DNA of 33,788 bases, taken from the NCBI GenBank assembly GCA_963765765.1, contig CAVXYC010000008.1, positions 1-33,788 of the forward strand, written 5' to 3'. The translations under genes and the position numbers were made by a program. The stretch is from an uncultured Chloroflexia bacterium (GTDB lineage Bacteria; Chloroflexota; UBA6077; JACCZL01). The notes below the pieces were generated by a model. The model had not been told where the DNA came from, did not search any database, and saw nothing but the letters and a program-made list of their open reading frames with translations. Positions 1-9,783 of the stretch are shown here, one piece after another (the stretch's first letter is position 1; the number at the start of each line of letters is the position of its first letter).

Positions 1-781
1 CAGCCTGCCCCGCTTCATTTCTCGAAACGGTGGCTGCGAGGTGATTAGACTGACCGAGGAAATCCATGACGAATCGAGTCCCGGGATGGTCATACACCTC
101 ATTCGGCGGACCCTGCTGCTCGATAAGGCCGCGGCTCATGACAACCATATTGTCCGAGAGCACCATGGCCTCGGCCTGATCATGCGTCACGAAGATCGAC
201 GTCACGCCGACACGGGTCTGTATTGCCTTGATCTCAAAGCGCATCTCCTCACGCAGCTTGGCATCGAGATTCGAGAGCGGCTCATCCAGTAGCAGCACAT
301 CTGGATCGAACACTAGCGCCCTCGCCAGAGCCACACGCTGCGCCTGACCGCCTGAGAGCAGTGGCGCCGGACGGTTCTCCATACCGCTCATACCCACGGT
401 CTCCAGCATCGACATCACGCGCTCACGGATGCTCCCCCTCGGAAACCCCTTCATGCGTAGCGGGTAGGAGACATTCTCGAAGACGGACATATGGGGCCAC
501 AGCGCGTAGCTTTGGAACACCATACCCATGCCGCGCTTCTCTGGCGCGAGAAAGACTCCCTTTTCCGCTGAGCTGACGAGCTTGTCACCCACCCAGATCT
601 CGCCGCCATCGGGACGTTCCAGTCCGGCGATCATGCGCAGGGTCGTAGTCTTGCCACAGCCGCTGGGACCAAGCAGCGTCATGAGATCGCCCGCGTTGAC
701 CTCGAAGCTGATGCTGTCCACGGCTTTGAACGAGCCGTAGTACTTGGTGATGTTAGCCGCGCGAATAGATTTCATGGCCAT
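1..781 (-). CDS. ABC transporter ATP-binding protein (PotA/FbpC-like), 3' end runs off the window
   Basis: Manual translation of the minus strand: MAMKSIRAANITKYYGSFKAVD...[11 protein letters not shown] (Walker A)...[15 protein letters not shown] (signature)...[11 protein letters not shown] (Walker B)...FVTHDQ. A GGAGG-preceded ATG at 819 joins this frame if one C is added to the CCCC run near 800. Confidence 0.92.
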   Translation of the reverse strand, partial: MAMKSIRAANITKYYGSFKAVDSISFEVNAGDLMTLLGPSGCGKTTTLRMIAGLERPDGGEIWVGDKLVSSAEKGVFLAPEKRGMGMVFQSYALWPHMSVFENVSYPLRMKGFPRGSIRERVMSMLETVGMSGMENRPAPLLSGGQAQRVALARALVFDPDVLLLDEPLSNLDAKLREEMRFEIKAIQTRVGVTSIFVTHDQAEAMVLSDNMVVMSRGLIEQQGPPNEVYDHPGTRFVMDFLGQSNHLAATVSRNEAGQA

Positions 782-864
782 AGTCGGATCAGGTTGCGGG
801 GCTCGCTCGACGAGCTCATGACACCTCCATTGGTGTACCGCGGTGCAGTATAGACCAGGGAATA

Positions 865-938
865 GACGAGAGGTCGGAGGTTAGAGGCCAGGGAGTATCT
901 CCAATTACTGCTGACTATCCTGGCCTCTAACTCTCGTC
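865..938. repeat. Intergenic inverted repeat built from 7-nt periodic units
   Basis: GTTAGAGGCCAGG (880-892) pairs with CCTGGCCTCTAAC (919-931). Outer GACGAGA (865-871) pairs with TCTCGTC (932-938). Confidence 0.65.
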
Positions 939-2669
939 CTAAAGCGTGGCCGCCACTCCGGTTCGTCTGCGAATCAGGAACGCGCCCGCCAGCGCTACGA
1001 GACTGAGGCCCATCATCAGCAAGCCTGCTACAAGTGCGCGCTCAGGTGCCTGCCCGTTCCAGCCTTCCCACAAGATCACCGAGAGCACGCGGCTGTTTGG
1101 CGTGTAGAAGAAGACGACCAGAACGAGATTTCGGATTGCCGCCAGGAACAGCAGGATGAACGACGTCAGGAGCGCCGGCGCAAGCAACGGTATCAGCACT
1201 CTGGTCACGGTGGTGAACCATCCGGCGCCGCTCGTTCTGGCGGCTTCTTCCAGCTCATGCGATACCTGGTACATCGAGCCATTCACGATTCGGGAGCCGA
1301 GCGGTAGGAAGCTCACGACCAGCAGAATTCCCATCATGCCCAGCGTTCCGCTGATTGGGCGGAACGCTGGTAGTCCGATGTAGGCCCACGCGAAAGCGAT
1401 GGCGAGCACGACGCCGGGGGCTACGCGAGGCGCCCAGGTGATGAACTCCAGTAGCGGTCGTCCCTTGAACTTGGTGCGAACCAGCACGTAGCCAGCGAGT
1501 GCGCATACTAGGGTTCCGATTCCGCCCACCATGATTCCTAGAAGGACCGTGTTCGTCACAGCGGAGAGTAACCGCGGATCTCCAAGCGAGACGGTCCAGT
1601 GGTTGGTCGTGAATCCCGACGCCGTCCAGACCCCCCAGGCTTTCATAAAGCTGCCCACAATGAGCATAGAGAGCGGCAACACGGCGGCGACGAAGAAGTA
1701 CAGCACTACGATACCGAACGTCACCCAGCGCCATCGTCCCAGGGCCGTGGGCTGTTGCGAGTAACCTCGTCCAGAGATGGTGACGAAGGACTTCCCGTGT
1801 AGAAGCATCATCTGAACGGCGATCAGAATACCAACCATGAGCAGGAAGAATGAGCCCAACGCCGTGGCACTGGGAAGGTCCTGGGGATATTCCTGGGAGT
1901 ACGTGTAAATACGCGTGCTGAGTACGTAGACCTTGGCTGGAACGCCAAGGATGACCTCGGTCTCGAATGATTCGAGAACGAAGATGAACGCCAGGAAGAC
2001 GGCGCCCAGCACGGTCGGCATGGCAACCGGAATCGTGACGTAGCGGAGAGCCTGGAGCCGCGAGGCGCCGCTCATACGCGCTGACTCCTCAAGACTGGCA
2101 TCCATGGATCGAAATGCCGGCACGGCCAGAAGAAAGATAAAGGCCGCCAGGCTCATGCACGATACCCAGATGATTCCAGCGTGCGAGTACACGTTGAACA
2201 GCGGCTCACTGATGATTCCAAGCTGCTGCAGGCCAACGTTCAATACGCCGCTCTTGCCGCCGATCAGTGTCCAGGCCACGATCATCGGCAACGGCGGGGC
2301 GAAGAACTTAATCCAGACCAGCGCTTCCAGTACTCCTCGCCCAGGCGTATCCGTTCGGGTGACAACCCAGGCGAGAAAGAGGCCGATCACGGTAGCGATT
2401 GAAACGCGAACTACTGCGAGCCATACCGTCGTCCAGATCAGCTCATAGGTACTGGGAGTGGAGAAGACCTTCTGGTAGGCCGAAAAGGTGAATGCTCCGG
2501 ACTCGGTTCGAAAACTTGAGACGAACAGCATGGCGACCGGGTAGAGGACGAGAAAGCCCAGGATAGCTGTCAGCAGTGTGGCCGGCCACCACTGACGCAC
2601 CGTTTCCAGCCAGTTTCCCCAGGCGGCGGCTCGCGTGGATTTCGCGGGAGACGAGACGACTACTGACAC
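939..2669 (-). CDS. ABC transporter permease, fused two-domain FbpB/ThiP-like
   Basis: 576 aa with about 12 hydrophobic segments and two EAA loops (LEESARMSGA; LEEAARTSGA). Confidence 0.93.
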   Translation of the reverse strand: MSVVVSSPAKSTRAAAWGNWLETVRQWWPATLLTAILGFLVLYPVAMLFVSSFRTESGAFTFSAYQKVFSTPSTYELIWTTVWLAVVRVSIATVIGLFLAWVVTRTDTPGRGVLEALVWIKFFAPPLPMIVAWTLIGGKSGVLNVGLQQLGIISEPLFNVYSHAGIIWVSCMSLAAFIFLLAVPAFRSMDASLEESARMSGASRLQALRYVTIPVAMPTVLGAVFLAFIFVLESFETEVILGVPAKVYVLSTRIYTYSQEYPQDLPSATALGSFFLLMVGILIAVQMMLLHGKSFVTISGRGYSQQPTALGRWRWVTFGIVVLYFFVAAVLPLSMLIVGSFMKAWGVWTASGFTTNHWTVSLGDPRLLSAVTNTVLLGIMVGGIGTLVCALAGYVLVRTKFKGRPLLEFITWAPRVAPGVVLAIAFAWAYIGLPAFRPISGTLGMMGILLVVSFLPLGSRIVNGSMYQVSHELEEAARTSGAGWFTTVTRVLIPLLAPALLTSFILLFLAAIRNLVLVVFFYTPNSRVLSVILWEGWNGQAPERALVAGLLMMGLSLVALAGAFLIRRRTGVAATL

Positions 2670-2707
2670 AGGTCAGCCTCCTGGGCAATTGGAAGCGATG
2701 AACCCGC

Positions 2708-2813
2708 TCGAGTGATGGGTAATGAGTGATGAGTCATGGGTAGTCGCCCGGAGGCCCGGTCAGGCATCGGGGCGGACGATCGGGACACACATCACTCATT
2801 ACCGATCACTCGA
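2708..2813. repeat. 24-bp inverted repeat of heptamer-like units between the binding-protein and permease genes
   Basis: TCGAGTGATGGGTAATGAGTGATG (2708-2731) vs CATCACTCATTACCGATCACTCGA (2790-2813), one mismatch. Confidence 0.75.
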
Positions 2814-2817
2814 ACGG

Positions 2818-4098
2818 CTAGTCTGTGAGAACGGTCGGCTTGTCCTGTACGCCGCCGTTCTTGGATTCCCAATCCTTGATGAAATTGTCGTAGGCGGCTT
2901 TAAAGTCGGCCAGGGACGCGCCTTCGGTGAGAAGTCGCATGACACCGGCTGCCTCAACTTCGCCTGCCAGCGCGGCCTGTGATGCGGACAGGGCGTAACT
3001 GGGCCCCCGATTTCCGTTGTTCAACACCGCGGATTTGAGTCCATCGGGGACGCCCGACGGCACGTCTTTGCGAATCGTCTTTGCCTGGTTGACCTGCGCA
3101 ATGACCTCCATACCCTGCTTGCTCATCACCCAGTTCGCAAACACCATGGCGGCGTTCATGTTTGGTGTGTCCTTGATGATCCCCATGCCGCTGATCAAGC
3201 TCACGCTTGGTGTGTCGGGGAAGAGAATCAGCTTCACCGGAGCGCCCGCGCTGATGGCCGGAAGCAGTCCCGTAGCGCTGGTGCTCATGCCTGCTTCGCC
3301 GCGTCCTACGGCTGATGAGGCATCTGGTGGGTTGGGGAAGAGCTGAGGCTTCTGTTGGTTGTAGATACTCCAGAGATTGTCCAGCGTGAGACCTTTGCCA
3401 ACATAGCCGTGGCGCGCCCAGATTGTCCCGATGTCCTGTGTCGTCTTCGGATCGACCCAGCTTATTTTGCCGACGTACCTAGGATCGGTCGAATACTCAG
3501 CCCAGTTTTTCGGAAGGTCGGACTCGGGGATGACTTTGGTATTGACCGCGATATGCGACTCGTAGTCCGAAAAACGAGTAGCCAGGTAAAAGCCGTCGGG
3601 ACTCATGTACCAGGGATCCACGGACCAGGTACTGGCCGGCTCTTTGAAGACTGGGAGCGGCTTGTCCCTGAGCTTCACGAAGTATTGTTCGCGCTCGATG
3701 TTGGATGGCCAGGGCTGAGAACCCTCATAAATGTCCGCCGTCGGCCGCCCGGCCTTGATCTCCTCCTTGATACGCGAGAACATCGGGCTTCCAGCGCCGG
3801 CGACGAACTCAACGGTGAGGCCGGTGTCTTTCTTGATGGCTTCGGCGATTTGCGTGCCCTCGGGACCGGAGAGAAGCCGACCATAAATAGTGATCTTCTC
3901 GTTCTTGGCCGCATCCACGATCTTCTGCCACTCGGCATCGGAGCTAGCAGCGGGCGCGGCCGCTTTCTGCGCTGGTTCCGCGGCCTTCTCCGCGGGCTTG
4001 GCGGGCGCGGCGGTCGGCGCTGGCGCCGCCGGCGCGGCACATGCCGCGACCAGGAGCGCTAGCGCTCCGATGATTCCAAATCTGCTGGGCTGTCTCAA
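2818..4098 (-). CDS. ABC transporter substrate-binding lipoprotein (AfuA/FbpA-like family)
   Basis: Lipobox LLVAAC followed by a Pro/Ala/Lys-rich linker, then typical segments (PTADIY, IAVNT, NAAMVFANWVMSKQG). Start placed at TTG 4098, just after GGAGG. Confidence 0.88.
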   Translation of the reverse strand: MRQPSRFGIIGALALLVAACAAPAAPAPTAAPAKPAEKAAEPAQKAAAPAASSDAEWQKIVDAAKNEKITIYGRLLSGPEGTQIAEAIKKDTGLTVEFVAGAGSPMFSRIKEEIKAGRPTADIYEGSQPWPSNIEREQYFVKLRDKPLPVFKEPASTWSVDPWYMSPDGFYLATRFSDYESHIAVNTKVIPESDLPKNWAEYSTDPRYVGKISWVDPKTTQDIGTIWARHGYVGKGLTLDNLWSIYNQQKPQLFPNPPDASSAVGRGEAGMSTSATGLLPAISAGAPVKLILFPDTPSVSLISGMGIIKDTPNMNAAMVFANWVMSKQGMEVIAQVNQAKTIRKDVPSGVPDGLKSAVLNNGNRGPSYALSASQAALAGEVEAAGVMRLLTEGASLADFKAAYDNFIKDWESKNGGVQDKPTVLTD

Positions 4099-4200
4099 GA
4101 CGCGCCTCCTCGACCTTAAGAGAGTCTGAATCGGGAGCTCATGTCCGCCACCATCCATGTGCCGGCTCGCGTAAGCCGCCGCATGATTTCTGACGAACCC

Positions 4201-4938
4201 CTAATCAAATTCGGGCACCAATGTCTTTCCGTCGTCGGCCAATTTCAGGCATAAGCCCGTTTGATCCATGCCCACCTGGGCCGCTAGAACAAAGCGATTA
4301 CCGGCGAACTCCGGACCGGGCATGCGCTGTCGCGCTTCATCCGGAGCATCCTCGGTCGCGATCGCTGCGCCTGGTGAGATCACCACCACGCAGACGTCGT
4401 ACTCCTGCTCTTCCTGCGCTACCACCTTGGTGAAATAGCGCACAGCTTCCTTTGCAACCACGTACGAGCCCGAGCCGATGCGCCCACCGCCGCCGTAGAG
4501 ATTCACGATGTGACCCGAGCGTCGAGCCTCCATGAAGGGCACCGCGTGCTTGGTGCACAGAAACGTGCCGCCCAGCGCCGTATCGATGACGCGATCGAAA
4601 AAGCTCCGCTCCATGTCGCGGAATCGTGGCCAGTGCTGATTGCCCCAGTTGAGATGCGGCACGATAGCGGCGTTGTTCACCAGGACGTCGATGGCGCCAC
4701 GCTCACCGTTGACCCGCTCCATGAGTGCCTTGACCTGTCTCTCATCGCGGACATCGGTATGGACGGCCAGGACGTCACCGCCGAACTCGCTCAGCTCCTC
4801 GCGGGTGGACTCCAGACGGTCGTCTTCGATGTCGGCAATAGTGACCCGTGCTCCGGCCTCAACGAACGTGCGAGCGATCCACCGGCCGATGCCTTTAGCG
4901 CCGCCAGTGACAATCACACTCTGGCCATTAACACTCAT
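4201..4938 (-). CDS. SDR family NAD(P)-dependent oxidoreductase
   Basis: TGGAKGIG, NNAA and YVVAK (YxxxK) motifs. Overlaps the upstream gene by 4 nt. Confidence 0.9.
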   Translation of the reverse strand: MSVNGQSVIVTGGAKGIGRWIARTFVEAGARVTIADIEDDRLESTREELSEFGGDVLAVHTDVRDERQVKALMERVNGERGAIDVLVNNAAIVPHLNWGNQHWPRFRDMERSFFDRVIDTALGGTFLCTKHAVPFMEARRSGHIVNLYGGGGRIGSGSYVVAKEAVRYFTKVVAQEEQEYDVCVVVISPGAAIATEDAPDEARQRMPGPEFAGNRFVLAAQVGMDQTGLCLKLADDGKTLVPEFD

Positions 4939-6077
4939 CCTGAGACCTCCGCCGGCGCGCCCGCCACGGCGAGCTCGCGTTCACTGTCGCTATCTCGCGT
5001 CCACGCGCGCATCGCTTCGCGCGGGATGCGGAGACGGACCTCATCACCCTCCGCGAGCCGGGCGGCCGCGGGCCCTTCGGCCATGATGGAGACGCTACCG
5101 ACGGTCAGCAGGTACTCCACTCGATGCCCCAGATATGTCACCGCTTGCACGGTGGCGCGCCAGTCCGTTTCCTCATGCTGAGCACTTGTTGGCAGGACCG
5201 AGACGTCCTCGGGACGGATGCACAGCGTGACGCGTTGCTCTCCCACAAGACCATCGCTGGGCAACGCGGTCACCGTTAAGTCCGCGCCATCGCAAACGAT
5301 CTGCGCCACGCCATTCACCGAGCGAGCCACACCCTGTAAGTAGTTGACGCGGCCGACGAAGTCCATGACGAAGCGAGTGGCGGGCCGTTCGTAGATATCG
5401 TCGGGACCACCGATCTGCTCGATACAGCCGTGATTCATCACCACGATGCGATCTGAGAGCACCATCGCCTCGGCCTGATCGTGGGTGACGAAAATCGTCG
5501 TAATTTTCAGGCGACGCTGAAGGAGTCGAAGCTCCAGGCGCATCTGCTCGCGCAGCTTGGCGTCGAGATTGGAAAGCGGCTCATCCAGGAGCAGTACGCT
5601 GGGGTTATGGACGAGCGCGCGCGCCAGCGCAACGCGTTGCTGCTGTCCGCCGGAAAGCTGCGTGGCCCCGCGTGACTCGAGTCCGTCCAGCCCGACAAGT
5701 CGTAGCGCCTCGCGAACCCGCTCTTTGAGCTCGGCTCCGGGAACGCGGCGTAGTTTGAGCGGAAAGCCGACGTTTTGTTCTACCGTCATGTGCGGCCATA
5801 CGGCGTAGCTCTGGAAGACCATGCCCATGCCGCGCTTTTCAGGCGGCGTGAACAGCCGATCTGCGCCGGAGCTCATGACGCGTCCGCCCAGCGATATGGT
5901 GCCGTCATCAGGACGCTCGAGGCCGGCGATGAGGCGAAGCGTGGTGCTTTTCCCACAACCGCTTGGCCCGAGCAGCGTCAGGAATTCGCCTTCCTCGACG
6001 TCAAGGTTCAGGTGATCAACGGCCGTCATCTGGCCGAACCGTTTGACGATGTTAGTGAGCGTGAGGTTCTCTGCCAC
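4935..6077 (-). CDS. ABC transporter ATP-binding protein with C-terminal TOBE-like domain
   Basis: [35 protein letters not shown] and FVTHDQ motifs. Confidence 0.95.
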   Translation of the reverse strand: MAENLTLTNIVKRFGQMTAVDHLNLDVEEGEFLTLLGPSGCGKSTTLRLIAGLERPDDGTISLGGRVMSSGADRLFTPPEKRGMGMVFQSYAVWPHMTVEQNVGFPLKLRRVPGAELKERVREALRLVGLDGLESRGATQLSGGQQQRVALARALVHNPSVLLLDEPLSNLDAKLREQMRLELRLLQRRLKITTIFVTHDQAEAMVLSDRIVVMNHGCIEQIGGPDDIYERPATRFVMDFVGRVNYLQGVARSVNGVAQIVCDGADLTVTALPSDGLVGEQRVTLCIRPEDVSVLPTSAQHEETDWRATVQAVTYLGHRVEYLLTVGSVSIMAEGPAAARLAEGDEVRLRIPREAMRAWTRDSDSERELAVAGAPAEVSG

Positions 6078-6108
6078 GCTTATCTCCGCTCCTTCGCGGT
6101 GATGAGAC

Positions 6109-7172
6109 TCATAGTCCGTAGAGCGCGCGCGCGTTGTCGTCCAGGAATTTACGCGCGGATTCGTGGCTCAGGCCGGCCACCTCGGACAGGTTCTGAAGGG
6201 CGTACACCTCGGTCGACGTGTCCGCGTGGCCATAATCAGTGCCAATGACCAGGTTTTCGTCGCCGACGTAGCTCATGATGTAGTCAAGATCGTCGTTCGT
6301 CTGACAGGTCACCCAGATACGGTTATCGCGCAGGATGTTCTCCTTCATCTGAATGTCGCGTCGCTCGAACCGACGCGAGAGATCCTTGATGACGTACGGA
6401 ATCCACTGCGCGCTGAGCTCGATGAAGCCCCAGCGGAGATTGGGAAACTGGTCGGGCAGTCGGCTTTCGCACACCACCTGGAATGCCCCGACTCCGATGA
6501 GCTTGAAGCGCGGAAATCCGTAGGAGTTAGGGAAAATCGACATAATGTCCGAGCTGCCATTGCCGGTATGCACGCAGATCGGCATATTTAGGTCGCTTGC
6601 TTCCTGCATACATCCGGTGGAAGTACGGATCGATGATCAGGCGGTTTTCTGTCTCGACGCCGCGCATGATCACCGCGCATGCGCCGTTGTCACGGGCCTT
6701 GTGAAGCTCTTCTATCGCCACGTCCATACTGAGCAGCGGTAGGACGGCGGCCCAGCGGAGACGGTTGTCGCTCTGGGACCAGATATCGGCCAGACAGCGA
6801 TTGTAGCTCTTGCACAGCGCTCGCTCTATGGCTGGATTGTCCGTCACAGGGTTGATGAAGATCGTTGGGAAGAGGATCTGCACATCGGTGCCGAGCTCAT
6901 CCATGTGTCGGATGCGAGCCGAGACATCGGTCAGATACTTCGACTCATCGGGCGTTGAGACCTTATCGGTGTGGGGGCCAACTCGCGCCTGCGTCAGGCC
7001 CGGGCCGCCCCGCCGGAAATATTCCACCATCGATGAGCCAGTACTCTTTGGGCTCACCGTTTGCGTCGGTCTCCGCCACTCGCACCGGCCGATACTGCCG
7101 ATCCGCGGGATCCAGATAACCCCACGTCTCGTCACATTCGACGATATGCGCATCCGAGTCGATCACCGTCAT
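6109..7172 (-). CDS. Amidohydrolase_2 family protein (decarboxylase/hydratase-like), two frameshifts (near 7000 and 6610)
   Basis: N-terminal MTVIDSDAHIVE, middle RIRHMDELGTDVQILFPT...CKSYNR, and C-terminal CVHTG...IGTDYGH lie in three consecutive frames. Confidence 0.85.
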
Positions 7173-7216
7173 GCTGGCCGCTCCGGTCGAAGGCGTCGTC
7201 GCCCTGAAGTACGAGC

Positions 7217-7244
7217 ATGCTAGATCGCGTCCCGGGGCTGTCAA
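7217..7244 (-). promoter_or_regulatory. Putative sigma70 promoter of the amidohydrolase/ABC operon
   Basis: TTGACA-16 nt-TAGCAT on the minus strand, about 45 nt upstream of the ATG. Confidence 0.5.
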
Positions 7245-7260
7245 GCGATTGGGGCGCCTC

Positions 7261-8768
7261 GGGTGTAACCAAAAGTTGTTGAAGAGCGGGTGGTGAGACC
7301 GGAGCGGATGCGCTAGGCTGCGAACGCGGATTCTCATGCCGAGGCGGCCGGGGCAGTGAGACGCCCCGGCCGCGAGGAAGGTCGCATGGACGCGGAGAAC
7401 CTTCCCGAGACGATTGTCGCACCGCTCGCCGCCTGTGCCCACCGCTTGGCGGCTTGGGCGCGCGCCCACCGCGATGCCTCTCTGACGGATCTCGAGCGCC
7501 AGGTCCAGACCGAGCTGCGCACCGTGGCCCCGACGCTGGTCGCCGGGATGATCGCGGCTACCCAGCGCAGTCTGGATCCCGGGCTCCAGCGCGACCGGTC
7601 CCGCTGTCCGGAGTGCGGCACGACCGCGCCCACGCACAGCTGGCGTTCCCGCCAGGTGGTCACGGTCTGCGGCCCGGTCCGCTGGTCGCGCCCGTGGGCG
7701 CACTGCCCGACCTGCCGCCACGGCTGGAGCCCGACCGACCGCACGCTGGGCCTCGCGCCGCACCAGCGCCTGAGCGGCCCGCTGCGCGCCTGGCTGGTCC
7801 GGCTGGGGGGCGCCACGGCGTTTGCCGAGGCCGCCGACCTGCTCGAGGACCTGACCGGCCTGGCCGTGAGTCCCGAGACGGTGCGCACCCAGACCGAGGC
7901 CGCCGGGGCCGCGCTCGATCAGGCTCAGCAGGCCGACCGCGCCACCGTCGAACGGACGCGGGCCCCGGCCGGGACGGTGGACGCCGCCCCGCACCAGCTG
8001 GTCGCTGAAACCGATGGCGTGCTGGTGCGCTTCAACGATGGCTGGCACGAAGTCAAACTCGGCGTGGTCGGCGGCTGGGATCCGGCTGCGCCCCGGAACG
8101 GCAGCGCTTGGAGGCCCCGAGTTACGTGGCGGCCCGCGAGCCGGTGGGGCCGTTCGCCGGGCGCTGGGGCGCCGAAGTGGCGCGGCGGGGCGGCCTGGAC
8201 ATCCTCGGCGTCGATGGCCCGGTCACCGGGCCCGGGCTGGCGAGGTTGCGGGCGGTTGTCGTGCTCGGCGACGGCGCGCGCTGGATCTGGACGGCGGCTG
8301 CGGAGCAGTTCGGCGAGCGTCTGGAGATTGTCGATTGGTACCACGCCAGCGAGCATGTCTGGACCGTGGCCCGGGCGGTCTTCGGCGCGGGCACCGCCGC
8401 GGCCGAGGACTGGGTCGCGGTGAGCCTCGGCGGGCTGTGGAGCGCCGGGGCTGCAGCGGTGCTGGCGCGCCTGCGGGAGCTCGTGCCGCCGACGGACGAG
8501 GCGCGCCGGGTGGTGGCCACGGAGCGCGGGTACTTCCAGAGCAATCGCCAGCGGATGCGGTATCCGGAGTTTCGAGCTCAGGGGCTGCCCATCGGGTCGG
8601 GCGCGGTGGAATCGGCCGCCAAACACCTCGTCCAGCAGCGGATGAAACGCCCCGGCTGCCGCTGGTCGGCCGCCGGAGGCCAATCGCTGGCCGTGCTCCG
8701 GGCCCACCACGCCACGCTCCATGCCCGGGCCGCCTAGGCCCCCAAACCCACAACTCTTGGTTACACCC
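7261..8768 (+). mobile_element. Insertion sequence, ISKra4/ISLre2-like (prokaryotic Mutator-type DDE)
   Basis: Terminal IRs GGGTGTAACCAAAAGTTGT (7261-7279) and ACAACTCTTGGTTACACCC (8750-8768), 18/19 match, enclose a transposase. GC is clearly higher than in the flanks. Confidence 0.88.
7386..8737 (+). CDS. ISKra4-like transposase, frameshift near 8095
   Basis: CPECG...CPTC zinc finger, ETDG, GDGARWIW, DWYHASEH and IGSGAVESAAK...RMK motifs. Confidence 0.87.
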
Positions 8769-8777
8769 CTTTGGCTG

Positions 8778-9298
8778 GGGTGTGCCCAGAACTTGTGCAA
8801 CGGTCACATGGCAAATGTAACAAGCAGACTACCGGAAGGTGGCGCGGATCAGGTACGGTGCGCGCCATCCTGAGTGTGATCCGCCAGGGCGTGGCCACAC
8901 CCCGGCGGATCTGAAAGGGCCCTCGAATGGAGTCGCCGAGCCTTCCCGACGCCATTGGCGCACCCGTCGATGCCTTCGTGCGCGATCGTCTCACCTGGGC
9001 CGTCAGCCACCGTGATGCGTATCTCGCCACCTTGGAGCCGGCCGGGTGTGACGGCCTCCACGGGCGATGGCGTGCGGTCGGGCGTGGCTCGGCTGCGGCG
9101 GGTGCTGGGGGATGGGGCGCGCTGGATCTGGACCGCTGCGGCCGTGCAGTTCGGCGAGCGCATTGAGATCGTCGACTGGTACCACGCCGCAGAGCATGTC
9201 TGGACCGTCGTCCGGGCGGTCTCTCGGGAAGACAGCCCGGCGGGGAGCGTCTGGGCGGAAGCAGCGTAGCCAAAATGTCACAAGTTCTGGGCGCACCC
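8778..9298 (+). mobile_element. Internally deleted non-autonomous ISKra4-like element (521 bp)
   Basis: IRs GGGTGTGCCCAGAACTTGTG (8778-8797) and CACAAGTTCTGGGCGCACCC (9279-9298), 19/20 match. The interior holds transposase scraps (MESPSLPDAI; LGDGARWIW...DWYHAAEHVW). Confidence 0.82.
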
Positions 9299-9363
9299 AG
9301 AACAATGGAATCGAAATTGCCAGTTATCTATTTCAAAGAGGGTAGAATGCGACGAGGCTCGAT

Positions 9364-9783
9364 TTGACCGAACGCTTGACCATTACGCGTCGCGCAACAT
9401 TTGCCGCTGCGCATCGCTTGTATCGCTCCGAATGGTCGGACGACCAAAACTCCGAAATCTTCGGTCCCTGCGCCAACCCGGGTGGTCATGGCCACAATTA
9501 CGTGCTGGAAGTAACTATTGGCGGACTTCTGGATGCCGATACCGGGATGATCGCGGACCTCAAATGGCTCAAGCAGGTAATGGAGCGGCACGTCATCGAT
9601 CTGGTCGATCATCGAAATTTGAATACGGACGTCGAGTTTCTCCGGGGACTTAATCCAACGGCCGAAAACCTGGCTTGCGCCTTCTGGCGCCGCCTCGTGG
9701 GAGCCGTGGCAGAGAAGGCTCAGCTCGTCCGAGTTGTGGTGATCGAGACCGAAAACAATCGTGCCAGCGTTGAGGAAATATGA
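9364..9783 (+). CDS. 6-pyruvoyl-tetrahydropterin synthase family protein (PTPS-II, biopterin-type motif)
   Basis: [18 protein letters not shown] (C-x5-HGH), [13 protein letters not shown] and ETENN motifs. Confidence 0.93.
   Translation: MTERLTITRRATFAAAHRLYRSEWSDDQNSEIFGPCANPGGHGHNYVLEVTIGGLLDADTGMIADLKWLKQVMERHVIDLVDHRNLNTDVEFLRGLNPTAENLACAFWRRLVGAVAEKAQLVRVVVIETENNRASVEEI

Noticed and set aside
3940-4050. GC-rich low-complexity repeat
   Set aside because: It encodes the Pro/Ala/Lys linker of the lipoprotein.
8090-8110. Programmed frameshift in the transposase
   Set aside because: There is no slippery A-run motif, the homolog at 21.8 kb reads through this point in one frame, and indels are common throughout the window.
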